Below, in pieces: positions 11,671 to 22,870 of a stretch of DNA of 64,000 bases. The notes under the pieces are model-generated. The model saw nothing but the letters and a program-made list of their open reading frames with translations. It was not told where the DNA came from and ran no database searches. Each line of letters begins with the position of its first letter. Within the stretch, counting starts at the first letter, position 1. Source of the stretch: Fonticula alba ATCC 38817 (lineage: Eukaryota; Protista; Nucleariida); NCBI GenBank assembly GCA_000388065.2, contig KB932206.1; one strand, written 5' to 3'. Position numbers and translations under genes: made by a program.

Positions 11671-14428
11671 ATGTCTGGTGACGCCGTTCAGACCGCCACC
11701 CCGGCCGAGGTTGCCGTCGAGGCCACCCCCGTCGCCGTTGTCGAGTCCACCCCTGCTGCCGAGACCGCCCCGGCTGCCGCCACTGCCGAGACCGAGGCCC
11801 CTGCCGCCGCCGCCGCCGCCGCCCAGCGTGCGTATGCCATCTGACTGGCTGCCCCTTCTGCTTTCGCCGGCATTACCGCCCCACATATCGCCATCACCAC
11901 CGGCATGTCCCTGTCCTCCCCTCCCCCGGCTGCCGGGCTTCTCACAGCTCCATCTCCCCCCTCTCTTCCGCGATCGCCTGTGCGATTGGACAGCCGAGTC
12001 CCAGGTCACCATGTGCGCATCCCTCCGCCCGCTCCCCCGAATTGGCCCGTGACTTTGCTCGGTCCAGGAACTGACCATTTGCTTCCCTCGCCTCTCCTTC
12101 AGGGACTACACCACCGTCAACCAGCTCCTCGAGCTGCGCAGCACTTTCACCGCCCTGCCGGCGGCTTTCGAGAACTTCCCGATGAAGATCCGCCGCGATA
12201 CTCCGATTGTCCAGCGCGACACCAGCGGCCCGGCTCCCCTCCGGTATGCCTACGCCTGCCCCCTGTCTTTTGCCCTCCACCGGCCTGTTGCTCACCATCC
12301 TGCCGCGCCCCACGCACAGTCGTTCGCAGCCGCGCAAGCCCTCCGGCCCCGGCCAGCCCTCGGTTCTGGGCACTCGCCAGCGCAACGACCCGATCCGCCC
12401 CTTCCGTAACCTGCTCAACAAGCTGGCTCCGGACAACTTCGAGATCCTGTTCCTGGAGGTTCGAACGCATTTCCCCTCCGCCCCTCCCCCCCCCCTCCCC
12501 TCCTCTGGGCCTGCCTATTTGCCATCTCGTCATCCTGCTCCCTGGCCCCCGACTCACGCGCCCTTCATTGCCCTCCCCCTCCCTGCTCCGTCGACAGTTC
12601 GAGAACTCCATCCTCCCCCTGATCCAGAACGCCATCGTCCTCAACCAGGTGGTCGAGGTCATGGCCGAGAAGATCCGCGATGAGCCCCTCTACTCGGACC
12701 TCTACGCCACCTTCTGCGTCCGCCTGCACAAGATCGAGACGATGATCTATGGCCCGCCGCGTGACGACCTGATCAAGGTACGCCCCCTGCACTCATGTTC
12801 CCTCTGCCGCCCCCCCCCGCCCCTTGCCGCCGTCACCGCTGCCGCACGCCACCACTAGCAGGTGCACACCGCACAGACACTGATGTCCATACATGCACGC
12901 ACGCACGCACGCACGCACACAGTTCATCAGCAGCCCCGACTTCACCCCGGATCTCACGGAGAAGCGCCCCTTCGGTGTCATCTTCCGCACCCTGCTGCTG
13001 AACTTCTGCCGCCAGTCCTTCTACCAGATCTCCGACTCGCCGAAGGAGCAGCTCACCGACGAGGACCGCGCCAAGATGACCAGCATTGAGATCGACGAGT
13101 TCGAGCTGGCCTACTTCCGCGAGAAGCGCCACAACGCCGGCCTCATCATGTTCATCGGCTCGGCCTTCGTGCATCGGCTTCTGCACTCCGGCATTCTCAA
13201 GGAGTGCATCCTCTACCTGACCCGGGCGTATGACAACTCGGTGCCCGCCGACGAGCGTGACATCGACTGCCTGCTGAACCTGCTGAAGATCATCGGCCCG
13301 GCCGTGCAGGAGATGTCCGACATCAGCAAGAAGGAGCCCGACAACACCTACCAGCAGCTGCTCAATGTCACCAGTGAGCGCGTGCGCCGCCTGTCCCAGA
13401 TCCCGGGGCTGCCCAACCGCCCGCGCTTCATCCTGATGGACATCCTGGACATGATTTCTTCGCAGTTCGTCAATGTCGTGCGCGTCGGGCCGCGCCGGTC
13501 CGATGAGCCGGCTCGCGAGACCCCGGCGGCCGGGACCAGCGGCGATGGCCGCTCCCGCCGCGGTGGGGCCTCCGGCCCCGGCGGCAGCGAGGAGAACCGT
13601 CGCGCCCCGAAGAGCAGCCTGCGCATCGGCGGCTCCCAGAAGATCGTCCCCATCAGCAGCGACTTCTTCTCGGACCTTAGCCGGAGCAGCCGCTCCAGCC
13701 GCTCGTCGGCCAGCACCGCGGCCGCGGCCCAATCCGCCACCACCACCCGCGCCGCCCTGTCCAACGACAATGCCTTTGCCCTGCTGCAGGTGAGTATCCC
13801 TGTTCCTTGTGTTGGGGTTGATCCTCGTGTGTGTGTGCCCCGCCCTCTCCCGTCGCCCGCCGTTTGTCTAACCGCGCGTCTTGCCTCGCATCATCCCCAG
13901 GCCGACTCTGCCTCGACCGCCGCTCCGGCTGCCTCGGCCGCCCCGGCCAAGCCCGCCGTCGAGTACCCGGCTGCCTCGCAGGTCTCCCAGGCCCTGGCCT
14001 CCTTCAAGTCTTCCTACTCGCCGGAGGATGTGGAGGATGTCATTGCCCTGTTCAAGGAGGCCGACCCGACCGAGGAGGCTGCCATCGCCGCGGCCTTTGC
14101 CTTCATTTCCTGGTACCTGGACCTGCCGAGCTCCTTCTACTCCAAGGCCGAGGAGGTCATGCAGGTTGTCTTTGCCGGTCTGCCCGCCGGGGCCATCGTG
14201 GCCGCCTTCGGCCGCCTGTGCGAGGACATTGAGGACATCCTTGTGGATTGCCCCCGTGCCTTCGAGATTGCGGCCTCGCTGCTGGTCAAGCTGGCCAAGT
14301 TTGTCGATGGTGGCATGGATGCCGTCAACGCCATGCTCCCCGCGGCCTCCACCAAGGTCGACATCACCACCATCAACGACGGTGCCCTCGTCAAGGCCAT
14401 CGCCGGGGAGGTGGCCAAGGCCAACTAA
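11671..14428 (+). CDS. Compact eIF4G-like protein (MIF4G + MA3 domains)
   Basis: Exons 11671-11831, 12103-12243, 12320-12458, 12598-12777, 12923-13789 and 13901-14428. MIF4G hallmarks FRNLLNKLAPDNFE, EPLYSDLYATFC, FRTLLLNFCRQSF, GLIMFIG, PRFILMDILD. C-terminal MA3-like helical domain (DILVDCPRAFEIAASLL). Codon usage is strongly biased. Confidence 0.85.
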
Positions 14429-14874
14429 AGGGGTCTCATATATCACATATGGCCCGGTGTGCGTGTGTGTGCGCGTGTGTGCGTATGGGGCGGGGATGTG
14501 GCAACACACCCCGGAGTGGTACATCCTCTTCTCCTGTGGATTTCCTCCCCCCTACCGCGCGGATGTGCCCAGGCCGCCTCCCTTTTGCGTGGGCCCCTTC
14601 TGCTGCCACGCAGCCAGGGTCCCGGCGAAGAGTCGTAGAAAAATACATGCTTCCTCCTGTTTGCAGCCGGCCGGCGTGGCGTATTCTCTTGGTGATCGAG
14701 GGGGTGGTGGGGGTTGGGATGGCGTTTCCTCTGCCACAAATGTGAATGTATTTGTTTTTGGGAGTCCCCCCTCGGTGCCGATGGGGCGTTTCTCGTGGGC
14801 CAAGGGAAAATGATCTCCCCCGCCCCCCTGGGGAGGGGAATGCCGGGCCGAGGGCAAGTGCACGAATGCGCGCG

Positions 14875-16319
14875 TCATCCCCGTCTCCGCGGCAGGGGAA
14901 GCTGCCGGCGATCATCGGGGCCCAGCCAAACGCGCTTGGAGCTCCCGCCGGGGGCCAAGTCGACCCCGACCCCGGGCGAGAGAATGACAGGTGGCAGGGG
15001 AGGGGAGATGGGCGTGCCCGGGACCGCGGCGGTGATCGAATTCAGGATGGCCGGCGACAGCGGGGAGAGCGGCGGCCGCGGGGTCGCCGGGAGGGGGGCC
15101 GCTTGCTGGCGTGCCGCCGCCGGTGGCGTCGATGGCCCGCTGCCGGATGTGGCCGGCGAATCGCCCGCCTGACTCAGAGAGATGGGCAGCGCCGCGGCCG
15201 TGGAGGCCGGGGAGGCGCGTGGAGCGCTGAGGGCCGAAATCCAAGCCCGACAGTCTTCATCGGACATGGATGACCTGGAGGCCGAAGGGATTGGCGCTGG
15301 CGCTGGCGCTGGCGCTGACATGTCCGCTGGCTCATCATCTATGCTGAAGAGGGCAGGTGCTTCGGGGGCCCGGTCTGCAGGGCTAGCCGAGGGCGATGGG
15401 GGCGGGCTGGTCGGAGCTTGGGGTGCCTGGGTGGAGGCCGGGGTGGCCATGGACGGGGCGACCGGTGGCGGTGTAACGACCGAGGGGGGCGGAGAAGCCG
15501 GGGTCGGGGGAGCGCCATGCGGGACGCCGGCCGTCGGGGGAGAGAACGACCAGCCGGTGGCCGCCAGGGAGGACAGTTGCGGGAGCAGGTAAGCCGCCGC
15601 CGGGGGGGCGGCGTTTAGCGGCAGGAACAGCGGCTGGAAGGGGTAGTGCAGGCCAGTCAGCGGAGTGGGCATGGATGGGGCCGGAGCCCCGGCACTTGAA
15701 GGGGCGTCCGCCCCACCAAGGAGAGCCGCCTGCAGGGCCGACGCCCCGGCCAGGAGATGCGCATGGGCAGGATCCGAGGTGGCGGCGGCCATTGCCGCCG
15801 GGGCCGAGGGGAAGGCATTCAGGAAGGGCGCATAGGGGAAGCCCAAATGCGGTGGCAAGGACAGCCCATAGTAGGCTAGGTAGGAGCTTAGCAGGGGGTG
15901 ATGCAGGAGACAGGGCTGCCCGGCTTCACCGCCCGCTCCCGGCGCGGAGCGGCAGGTGCAGGACGCCTGCTGCGGCAGGCTCATCAACGCCGCGGCCAGG
16001 GGGTTCCAAAGACCGGCCGGCATGGGGGCAGGGGTGGACGCTGCCGCCGGCGAGGCAGTCGGCGGAGTGTCCGGGGGCGTGGCCGGGGAGGAGGTGTCTG
16101 GCGAAGCGGGCGCGAGGGGAGTTCCCTCGGGCGTGGAGGTGGCTGGCGGGGCGGTCACCTCGGCGGGGGCTGGCGTGGATGAGGCAGGGCGGGCGGGCGG
16201 GTGCTGGCTGGCGGAGTTGAGCAAAGCCTGCAGCAGGAGCGACGGCGGATTCCGGCGTTTGGAAGGAGTGGCATTGAGGGACTTGCGTGCGGCCCCGCGC
16301 GCAGGGGCACGGAGTCGAT
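14875..16319 (-). CDS. Hypothetical Ala/Pro/Ser-rich protein, probable last exon (upstream exons in or beyond gap 16452-16715)
   Basis: About 1.45 kb stop-free frame with a C-rich sense strand like the neighbouring genes. Candidate acceptor ctcggtgcag|AT near 16320 and a basic patch PSKRR. No recognisable domain. Confidence 0.4.
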
Positions 16320-16326
16320 CTGCACC

Positions 16327-16374
16327 GAGGGAGGCAGGCGAGGGAGGCAGGCGAGGGAGGCAGGCGAGGGAGGC
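16327..16374. repeat. 13-bp minisatellite GAGGGAGGCAGGC x3.7
   Basis: Three exact tandem copies plus a partial copy, read directly. Confidence 0.9.
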
Positions 16375-17659
16375 ACATGGGGAGAGATGGGCAGGGGCCA
16401 AAGGAGGGTCAGTCACAGGCTGGGTATGGCAGGTGACCAGGCTGCCGGGGGNNNNNNNNNNNNNNNNNNNNNNNNNNNNNNNNNNNNNNNNNNNNNNNNN
16501 NNNNNNNNNNNNNNNNNNNNNNNNNNNNNNNNNNNNNNNNNNNNNNNNNNNNNNNNNNNNNNNNNNNNNNNNNNNNNNNNNNNNNNNNNNNNNNNNNNNN
16601 NNNNNNNNNNNNNNNNNNNNNNNNNNNNNNNNNNNNNNNNNNNNNNNNNNNNNNNNNNNNNNNNNNNNNNNNNNNNNNNNNNNNNNNNNNNNNNNNNNNN
16701 NNNNNNNNNNNNNNNGGGGGTATGCAGCGGGCAGTGGCAGAGAGAGAGATAGATAGATAAAGAGTGTGTGGGGAGGGGAATCTTTTCGGCCATTGACAAC
16801 GAGATGGGTTGGCGAGGCGCTTCCACAAATACCCGGGTATCGGCCCACACGCGGGGGGGAGGGGGGGGGGGGACCAGGCGGGCCGGAGGGCCAAGTGTGG
16901 AGGCAGGCGATCTAGGGAGACGCCATCCCCAGGCCCCGGGCCTCGCCAGCGGCTCGCGCGGAAATCCCCCCTCCGGGCACCTGCCTGGCGAACTTTGTCT
17001 GCGTGCTTTTTGTTGCCCCAGCCCCAGCCCGCCCCCCTCCCCCCCGAGCTAACGAGCGTGTGGAGCCCACATTCACAGCCGCCAGGGGACAGTGAGGAAG
17101 GAGAGAGGGTCAAGAAACTGCACACAAGCTCGCGACCAGGGAGGTGCCCAGGGCAAGGTGCAGGCAGCGGAGTTTCTCCCTCATCGAACCACACAGGGGC
17201 AAGCGTCGAGCAGGCATTGCACAAGGGCAGGGGAGGATCAAGGCATGGCTCGCAGGCGCCCTGCTGTTGGCACGCCTCGCCTCATGTATCCGGATCCGGC
17301 GAACAGCAGCCGACTCACAACCCGGCTGGCCCCAGGGGGGAGGGAGGGGGGGCACACAGAGGCGCGAGTCCCCCGGGTGCGCCCCCCCCCCCCCCCAGCC
17401 CGAGAGAAAAGGCGGGCAAAGGAGATCTCGGGCTTTTGAATCGCCCGCCCAACCACCGACGCATGTGACCCTGGGAAGGTGGCACCACTGGGCGCTCGGT
17501 TTAGTCTTAATTGAGCATGTCGCGTAGCCAAGCGTGAGTCGGTTATTTCCGTTCACAATCGGTTATGCCGGGGCGGTGCGGGGCGGGAAAATGTGGCCCG
17601 CGTCCCGGTGGGCGGCTGGAGATCCGGCGAAGGCCACAGACCAGGGAAGACTCCATGCA

Positions 17660-17790
17660 CCTCCCTCTCCCTCTCTCCCTCTCTCCCTCTCTCTCTCTGT
17701 CTCTCTCTCTCTCTGTCTCTCTGTCTCTCTCTCTTTCGCTCCCTCTCTCTCTCGCTCCCTCTCTCTCTCTCGCTCCCTCTCTCTCTCTCC
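17660..17790. repeat. Compound (CT)n-rich microsatellite
   Basis: Interrupted ctct runs, read directly. Confidence 0.9.
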
Positions 17791-18919
17791 CCTGCACCCC
17801 GCCTGCGCTCCCTCCATCCACCCTTCCTGCTCCCTTCTCTTTTGTGCTGCACGCACAGCAGGGCACCACACTGTCCAAGACACACACATACACACACACA
17901 CACACGGAATGCTGACCAGACTTCCGGGCACAACCTGGCCCCTCCTTGCGAGCCTGGCACATTGGCGCATGGGCCCCGGCTGGTAAAACACCGAAGATGT
18001 CTCACTGACGGGGGAGGGAAGGGCGCGCAACGAAAAGGGCGGAATCGTTTCAGCTCAAGTATATTCAATAAATGGAAAGGGGCGCAGCAACACCGGAAAC
18101 ACCACAAGGATATATGAAGAGGATAGTGTGGTGCTGCATCGGCATGTGCAGTGTGGGTCGAGGGGGGGGGGGAGAGAAGAAGGGCGCAGGCTAACTGGAA
18201 GGGCACGGGGTGTGTCTTCGCCTCCCGCCGCAAACACACGGCCTTCGCGAACTGGCAAAGGCGAAAGGGTGTCGAGGAGCGGGAAGGAGAGGACACGGGC
18301 AGGAGGAGGAAGGAGGGAGGGGAAGAGGGTGCCGCACAGGGGGGAGAGGACGTGCCCTCTCCCCGGCCGGCGGGTGTGAGTATGCGCCAGCGGCCGGGCC
18401 GCGGGATGCATGCAAGTTGACTCGGCTATCCGCCCTGTCGGCGAAGACCTCTGGGCCCCGAAGGAAATCTCTCACTCTGTCTCTACCCTTCACAGGCGCG
18501 CCCGGGTCTATCAGGGGGTGGGAGCATGAACGCGAGCCCCCGGCCCATCCTCCTCGTGCCGGATTGCGGGGGGAGGAGTGCGGGAAGGGAGCTTGCGAAG
18601 CGGAGAAGGAGAGAGAGAGGAGCAGAGGCCAGAGAAATGGCAGAGGGTCCTGCGGGATGTGTGCTCGGAGAGAGAGGAAAGGGAGGGGAGGAGAGGGGTG
18701 GAGGGGCAATGGCAGAGAGGGGAGTCCGCCACCCATGCCAACCGCCCACACCCCCTTTGGCCACGCACGATGCGAAAAGTGTGCGTGCCTATAGGCATCT
18801 CGTCCCTACCTGCATATGCTCTCTCTCTCTCTCTCTTGCCGGCCCTCGCTCTTCGCCCGGCGGGAGGGGGGCGAGTGGCCTCCCCCCCCCCCTCCCGAAG
18901 GAAAGGAAGGAGGGCGCCT

Positions 18920-21900
18920 TTACAGACCGGCCTGCTGGCTGACCAGCAGAGCGTAGAGACCATGGTTGTCCATCAGCTCGTCGTGGGTGCCGGACTCCAG
19001 GACCTGGCCATTCTCAATGACGACAATCTTGTCGGCATTGCGGATGGTCGACAGCCGGTGGGCAATGACGATGGTGGTCCGGCCCTTGGCGGCCTTGTCC
19101 AGGGCGTCCTGCACGATGGCCTCCGACTCGGAGTCCAGCGCCGAGGTGGCCTCATCCAGCAGCAGGATCGGCGGGGTCCGGACAATGGCACGGGCAATGG
19201 CCACACGCTGCTTCTGACCGCCGGACAGCTGGGCACCACGGTCACCGACACGAGTCTCGTACTTGCGCGAGAGACCCTGGATGAAGCTGTGGGCATTGGA
19301 GAAGCGCGTGGCCTGGAGGATCTCCTCATCGGTGCAATCCGGCTTGCCATAGCGCACATTCTCGCGAATGGTGCCACTGAAGAGGATGGGCTCCTGCTGG
19401 ACGAGGCCGATGTTCTGCCGCAGCGAGGCGATGTTCATGTCCCGGGTGTCCATCCCATCGATGAGGATCTGGCCACCCACCGGGTCGTAGAAGCGCTCGA
19501 GCAGCTGGATCAGGGTGGACTTACCACAGCCAGACGGACCGACCAGGGCAACGGTCTGCCCCGGCTCGGCCGTGAAGCTAATCCCCCGGAGGATGGGGTT
19601 GTCCTCGCGGTTGGGGTAGTGGAAGCGAATGTCCCGGAACTCGATGCGGCCCTCCACCCGGCTGATCTTGTTGCCGGAGTCGGACAGGGCGTCGATCGGG
19701 GTCTGGCGGTCCAGAAGCTCGAAGATGGACCGGAGCGAGCGCTTGGCCTCGGCATAATCCGGGGCAAAGGAAGCCAGCTGGCCGACGGTCATGGACCCGA
19801 ACACTACGGCGATGATGGCGCGGTTCATTTGGGCGAAGTCGCAATGGCCCTGATCGACCGTGACCGAGCCATACCAGAAGGCCAGGGCGAAAATCAGGAA
19901 CCCAATGCACTCGGCAAAGCCGAAAGCCACGCCCGACAGGTTGGAGCTCTTGGCGCAGGAGCTGCGCGGGCCCTCGAGCGAGTCGCTGAAGTTGGTGGAG
20001 AAGGTCTCCTGCCGGTTGAGCGACACCACGGTGCGGATGTTGGAAATGCACTCCACCGCATAGAAGCCACTCTTCTCGTAGGCCTTCTTGGTGCGCTCAT
20101 TGAAGCCAACCACGGCCTTGATCCGGAAGAAGCCGCCGGAAATGGAGAGCGGCATGCAGGCCGTCACCACGAGGCCAATGCGCCAGCAGGAGATCATGGC
20201 AATCAGCACACCGGAAATCAGGGTCGCCGCAATCTGCAGCATCATGGCCAAACGCGTGGTCGTGCCGCCCTGGACATAGGTGGCATCCGAGGACAGCCGA
20301 GTGGCCAGGGCACCGGTGGCATTGGCCGGCAGGTCGAACCAGCCGATGTTCTGCCGGACAATGGTCTTGAAGGCCAGCTTACGGATGCGATCGGTCAGGC
20401 GCTCGGCCGACACAAACTGCCCGACATTCAGCAGGTAGTTCGACAGCAGGGCATAGATGCCGAGACCCAGGAAGACCAGGGCCCAAGTGCGCGCGGCCTC
20501 CATCAGCTTGTCGCCGGTGAAGAAGATCATGGCATTGATCAGCTCCGTGGAGATGAAGGAGTAAGCCGAGAAGATGATGCCGGAGAAGAAGGCACCAGCC
20601 GCGGCCAGCATGACATACGGCCAGTCGTCCTTGCAATAGGAGAAAGCACGAGCAATCGGGTGCTTGATGATCGACTCGAAGAAGCCCATCTTCTGGGCAG
20701 GGACCATGTGCTCGTCCTCCACATCGATGGCCTTGGTGGGCAGGACGTCCGGAATGTCATCCTCATAGAGGGTGTTCTCCTCCTCCTGCACGGCGGCGGC
20801 GTCCTTGCCGGCGACCTGGGCCTGCTTGGCCTTGATCAGGCGCGCGGCCTCCTCGGCCATCATCTGGCGCTCGACCAGGGACTTGTACAGACCGCCCTCG
20901 GCCATCAGCTCGTCGTGGGTGCCCTTCTGCAGAACCGGACCCTTGTCGAAGGCCACAATCATGTCGGCATTGCGCACGGTCGACAGCCGGTGAGCAATGA
21001 CAATCGTCGTCCGGCCCTTGGAGGCCTTGTCCAGGGCATCCTGCACCACGCGCTCCGACCGGTTGTCCAGCGCCGAGGTGGCCTCATCCAGCAGCAGGAT
21101 CTTCGGGTTGGAGATCAGCGCACGGGCAATGGCAATGCGCTGCTTCTGGCCGCCGGACAGCTGGCCGCCACGCTCGCCGACCATGGTCTCGTACTTGAGC
21201 GGGAGCTTGCTGATGAAGTCGTGGGCGTTGGCCATCCGGCAGGCGGCCTCGATCTCCTCCTGGGTGGCATCGAGCTTGCCATACCGGATGTTCTCGTAGA
21301 TGGTGGTGGAGAAGAGGACCGGCTCCTGCGACACGAGGGCCACATTGGACCGCAGCCAGCGGATGGACAGGTCCTTCAGGTTGTTGCCGTCCAGGGTCAC
21401 CGTGCCGGAGGCCGGGTCGTAGAAGCGCTCCAGCAGGGCGATGGTGGTGGACTTGCCGCAGCCCGAGTGACCAACCAGGGCCACCGTGGTGCCGGCCTTG
21501 ACCGACAAATTCAGGCCATTGAGAATCTTGGTGTCCGGACGCGAGGGATACGTGAAGTGGATGTCCCGGAACTCGATGTTGCCGACCACCCCCTCGGGCT
21601 TGAGACCCTCGTCGCTGAGGTTGTCGATCTCCGGCACACGGTCGATGACATTGAAAATGTCATACGCCGCGCCCAGGCCCTGGGCCAGGGTGGCGAAGTT
21701 CGGGGCCGCGGTACCGATGGACATGGAGCCCATCATGACGGAGAAGAAGACGACAATCACCTTACCGGCATCCAGCTCGCCGGCATTGATCCGGGTCGAG
21801 CCATACCAGAAGGCCAGGCCATAGGCACAATAGATGACCAGGAAGACCGAGCCAATGCCCAACCCGGAGGCTTGGCCCTTCTTCTCGCCACTGCGCAGAG

Positions 21901-22870
21901 CCGGGATCAGGGCACGCGAGTAGCGGCCAATTTCGCGGTGCTCACCGCCGAAGGCGGCCACCGTGCGCATGGCACCGAAGACCTCCTCGGCCACGGACCC
22001 GGCAATCGAGTAGGCCTTCTGGCCCTCCAGGGCGAAGGATTGGATGACCTTGCCCATGATGCCGCCACAAACCATGATCAGCGGCGTCAGGGACATGATG
22101 ACCAGGGTCATCTTCCAGGAATAGGCAAAGGCCACGGCGAAGCCGGCGATGAACATGACCACATTCTGGACGATGGAGGCCAGCTTGTCGGAGATGGCAT
22201 CCTGGATGAGGAAGACGTCGGAGGAAATGCGCGACGTGACGGACCCCTGCTTCTGGGTGTCGAACCAGCCCATCTCCTGGCGCATCATCGACTGGAAGTA
22301 GTGCTCGCGAATGCGGTTGGCCTGCATGTGCGAAGTGTACATGGTGGTGGCCACCTGGAAGTAGGACGTGACGAAGGCGATGCCGGCGAAGATGACAAAC
22401 CAAACGGCCGACTTGGACACCTCCTTCACCAGGTCCACCGGGCCACCGAAGGAGTTGATGATGGACCCCATGATGACGGAGAAGAGCGGCTGCAGGACAC
22501 CATGACCGGCGGCACACAGGAACCCGAACAGGATCATGGCCACATCGGTCTTGGTGGCATACCGGAAGAGGGTCAGCAGGCCGACCTTCGGGCCGTTGGC
22601 GGACTTGTCCTCCTCCTCGATGGGCTCATCCTCGAGGACTTCCATGTTGTAGGGCTCCTCGATCTCCTCTTCCAAGGGGAGGGGCTCCTTGCCGGAATGG
22701 CCGCCGCCGGGGGAGCCGGCGCCGCCATCGGGCAGCGAATTGGCCGACGTGTCGGAGAAGGACCCGTCGGTCGAGGGGGGGCTGTTGCCACCGGCCGGGG
22801 CGCCGGGCGCGGCGTCGGCGCGGTTGGACATCTCGATACCCGAGGAGTGCTCGGAGTCGGAGGTGGTCAT
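18920..22870 (-). CDS. ABCB/MDR (P-glycoprotein-type) full transporter, paralog 1, intronless CDS of about 1316 aa
   Basis: Single uninterrupted ORF with TMD-NBD-TMD-NBD layout. Walker A GHSGCGKST and GPSGCGKST, signature LSGGQKQR twice, Walker B ILLLDEATSALD twice, H-loop IAHRLST twice. Start chosen at MTTSDSEH (22870), downstream of a candidate 5'UTR acceptor. Confidence 0.96.
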   Translation of the reverse strand: MTTSDSEHSSGIEMSNRADAAPGAPAGGNSPPSTDGSFSDTSANSLPDGGAGSPGGGHSGKEPLPLEEEIEEPYNMEVLEDEPIEEEDKSANGPKVGLLTLFRYATKTDVAMILFGFLCAAGHGVLQPLFSVIMGSIINSFGGPVDLVKEVSKSAVWFVIFAGIAFVTSYFQVATTMYTSHMQANRIREHYFQSMMRQEMGWFDTQKQGSVTSRISSDVFLIQDAISDKLASIVQNVVMFIAGFAVAFAYSWKMTLVIMSLTPLIMVCGGIMGKVIQSFALEGQKAYSIAGSVAEEVFGAMRTVAAFGGEHREIGRYSRALIPALRSGEKKGQASGLGIGSVFLVIYCAYGLAFWYGSTRINAGELDAGKVIVVFFSVMMGSMSIGTAAPNFATLAQGLGAAYDIFNVIDRVPEIDNLSDEGLKPEGVVGNIEFRDIHFTYPSRPDTKILNGLNLSVKAGTTVALVGHSGCGKSTTIALLERFYDPASGTVTLDGNNLKDLSIRWLRSNVALVSQEPVLFSTTIYENIRYGKLDATQEEIEAACRMANAHDFISKLPLKYETMVGERGGQLSGGQKQRIAIARALISNPKILLLDEATSALDNRSERVVQDALDKASKGRTTIVIAHRLSTVRNADMIVAFDKGPVLQKGTHDELMAEGGLYKSLVERQMMAEEAARLIKAKQAQVAGKDAAAVQEEENTLYEDDIPDVLPTKAIDVEDEHMVPAQKMGFFESIIKHPIARAFSYCKDDWPYVMLAAAGAFFSGIIFSAYSFISTELINAMIFFTGDKLMEAARTWALVFLGLGIYALLSNYLLNVGQFVSAERLTDRIRKLAFKTIVRQNIGWFDLPANATGALATRLSSDATYVQGGTTTRLAMMLQIAATLISGVLIAMISCWRIGLVVTACMPLSISGGFFRIKAVVGFNERTKKAYEKSGFYAVECISNIRTVVSLNRQETFSTNFSDSLEGPRSSCAKSSNLSGVAFGFAECIGFLIFALAFWYGSVTVDQGHCDFAQMNRAIIAVVFGSMTVGQLASFAPDYAEAKRSLRSIFELLDRQTPIDALSDSGNKISRVEGRIEFRDIRFHYPNREDNPILRGISFTAEPGQTVALVGPSGCGKSTLIQLLERFYDPVGGQILIDGMDTRDMNIASLRQNIGLVQQEPILFSGTIRENVRYGKPDCTDEEILQATRFSNAHSFIQGLSRKYETRVGDRGAQLSGGQKQRVAIARAIVRTPPILLLDEATSALDSESEAIVQDALDKAAKGRTTIVIAHRLSTIRNADKIVVIENGQVLESGTHDELMDNHGLYALLVSQQAGL

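Noticed and set aside
17150-17280. Cys cluster CQQQGACEPCLDPPLPLCNAC on the minus strand (GATA/B-box-like)
   Set aside because: Spacing fits neither family well, a stop codon lies just upstream, and I could not link it to the downstream ORF across the gap.
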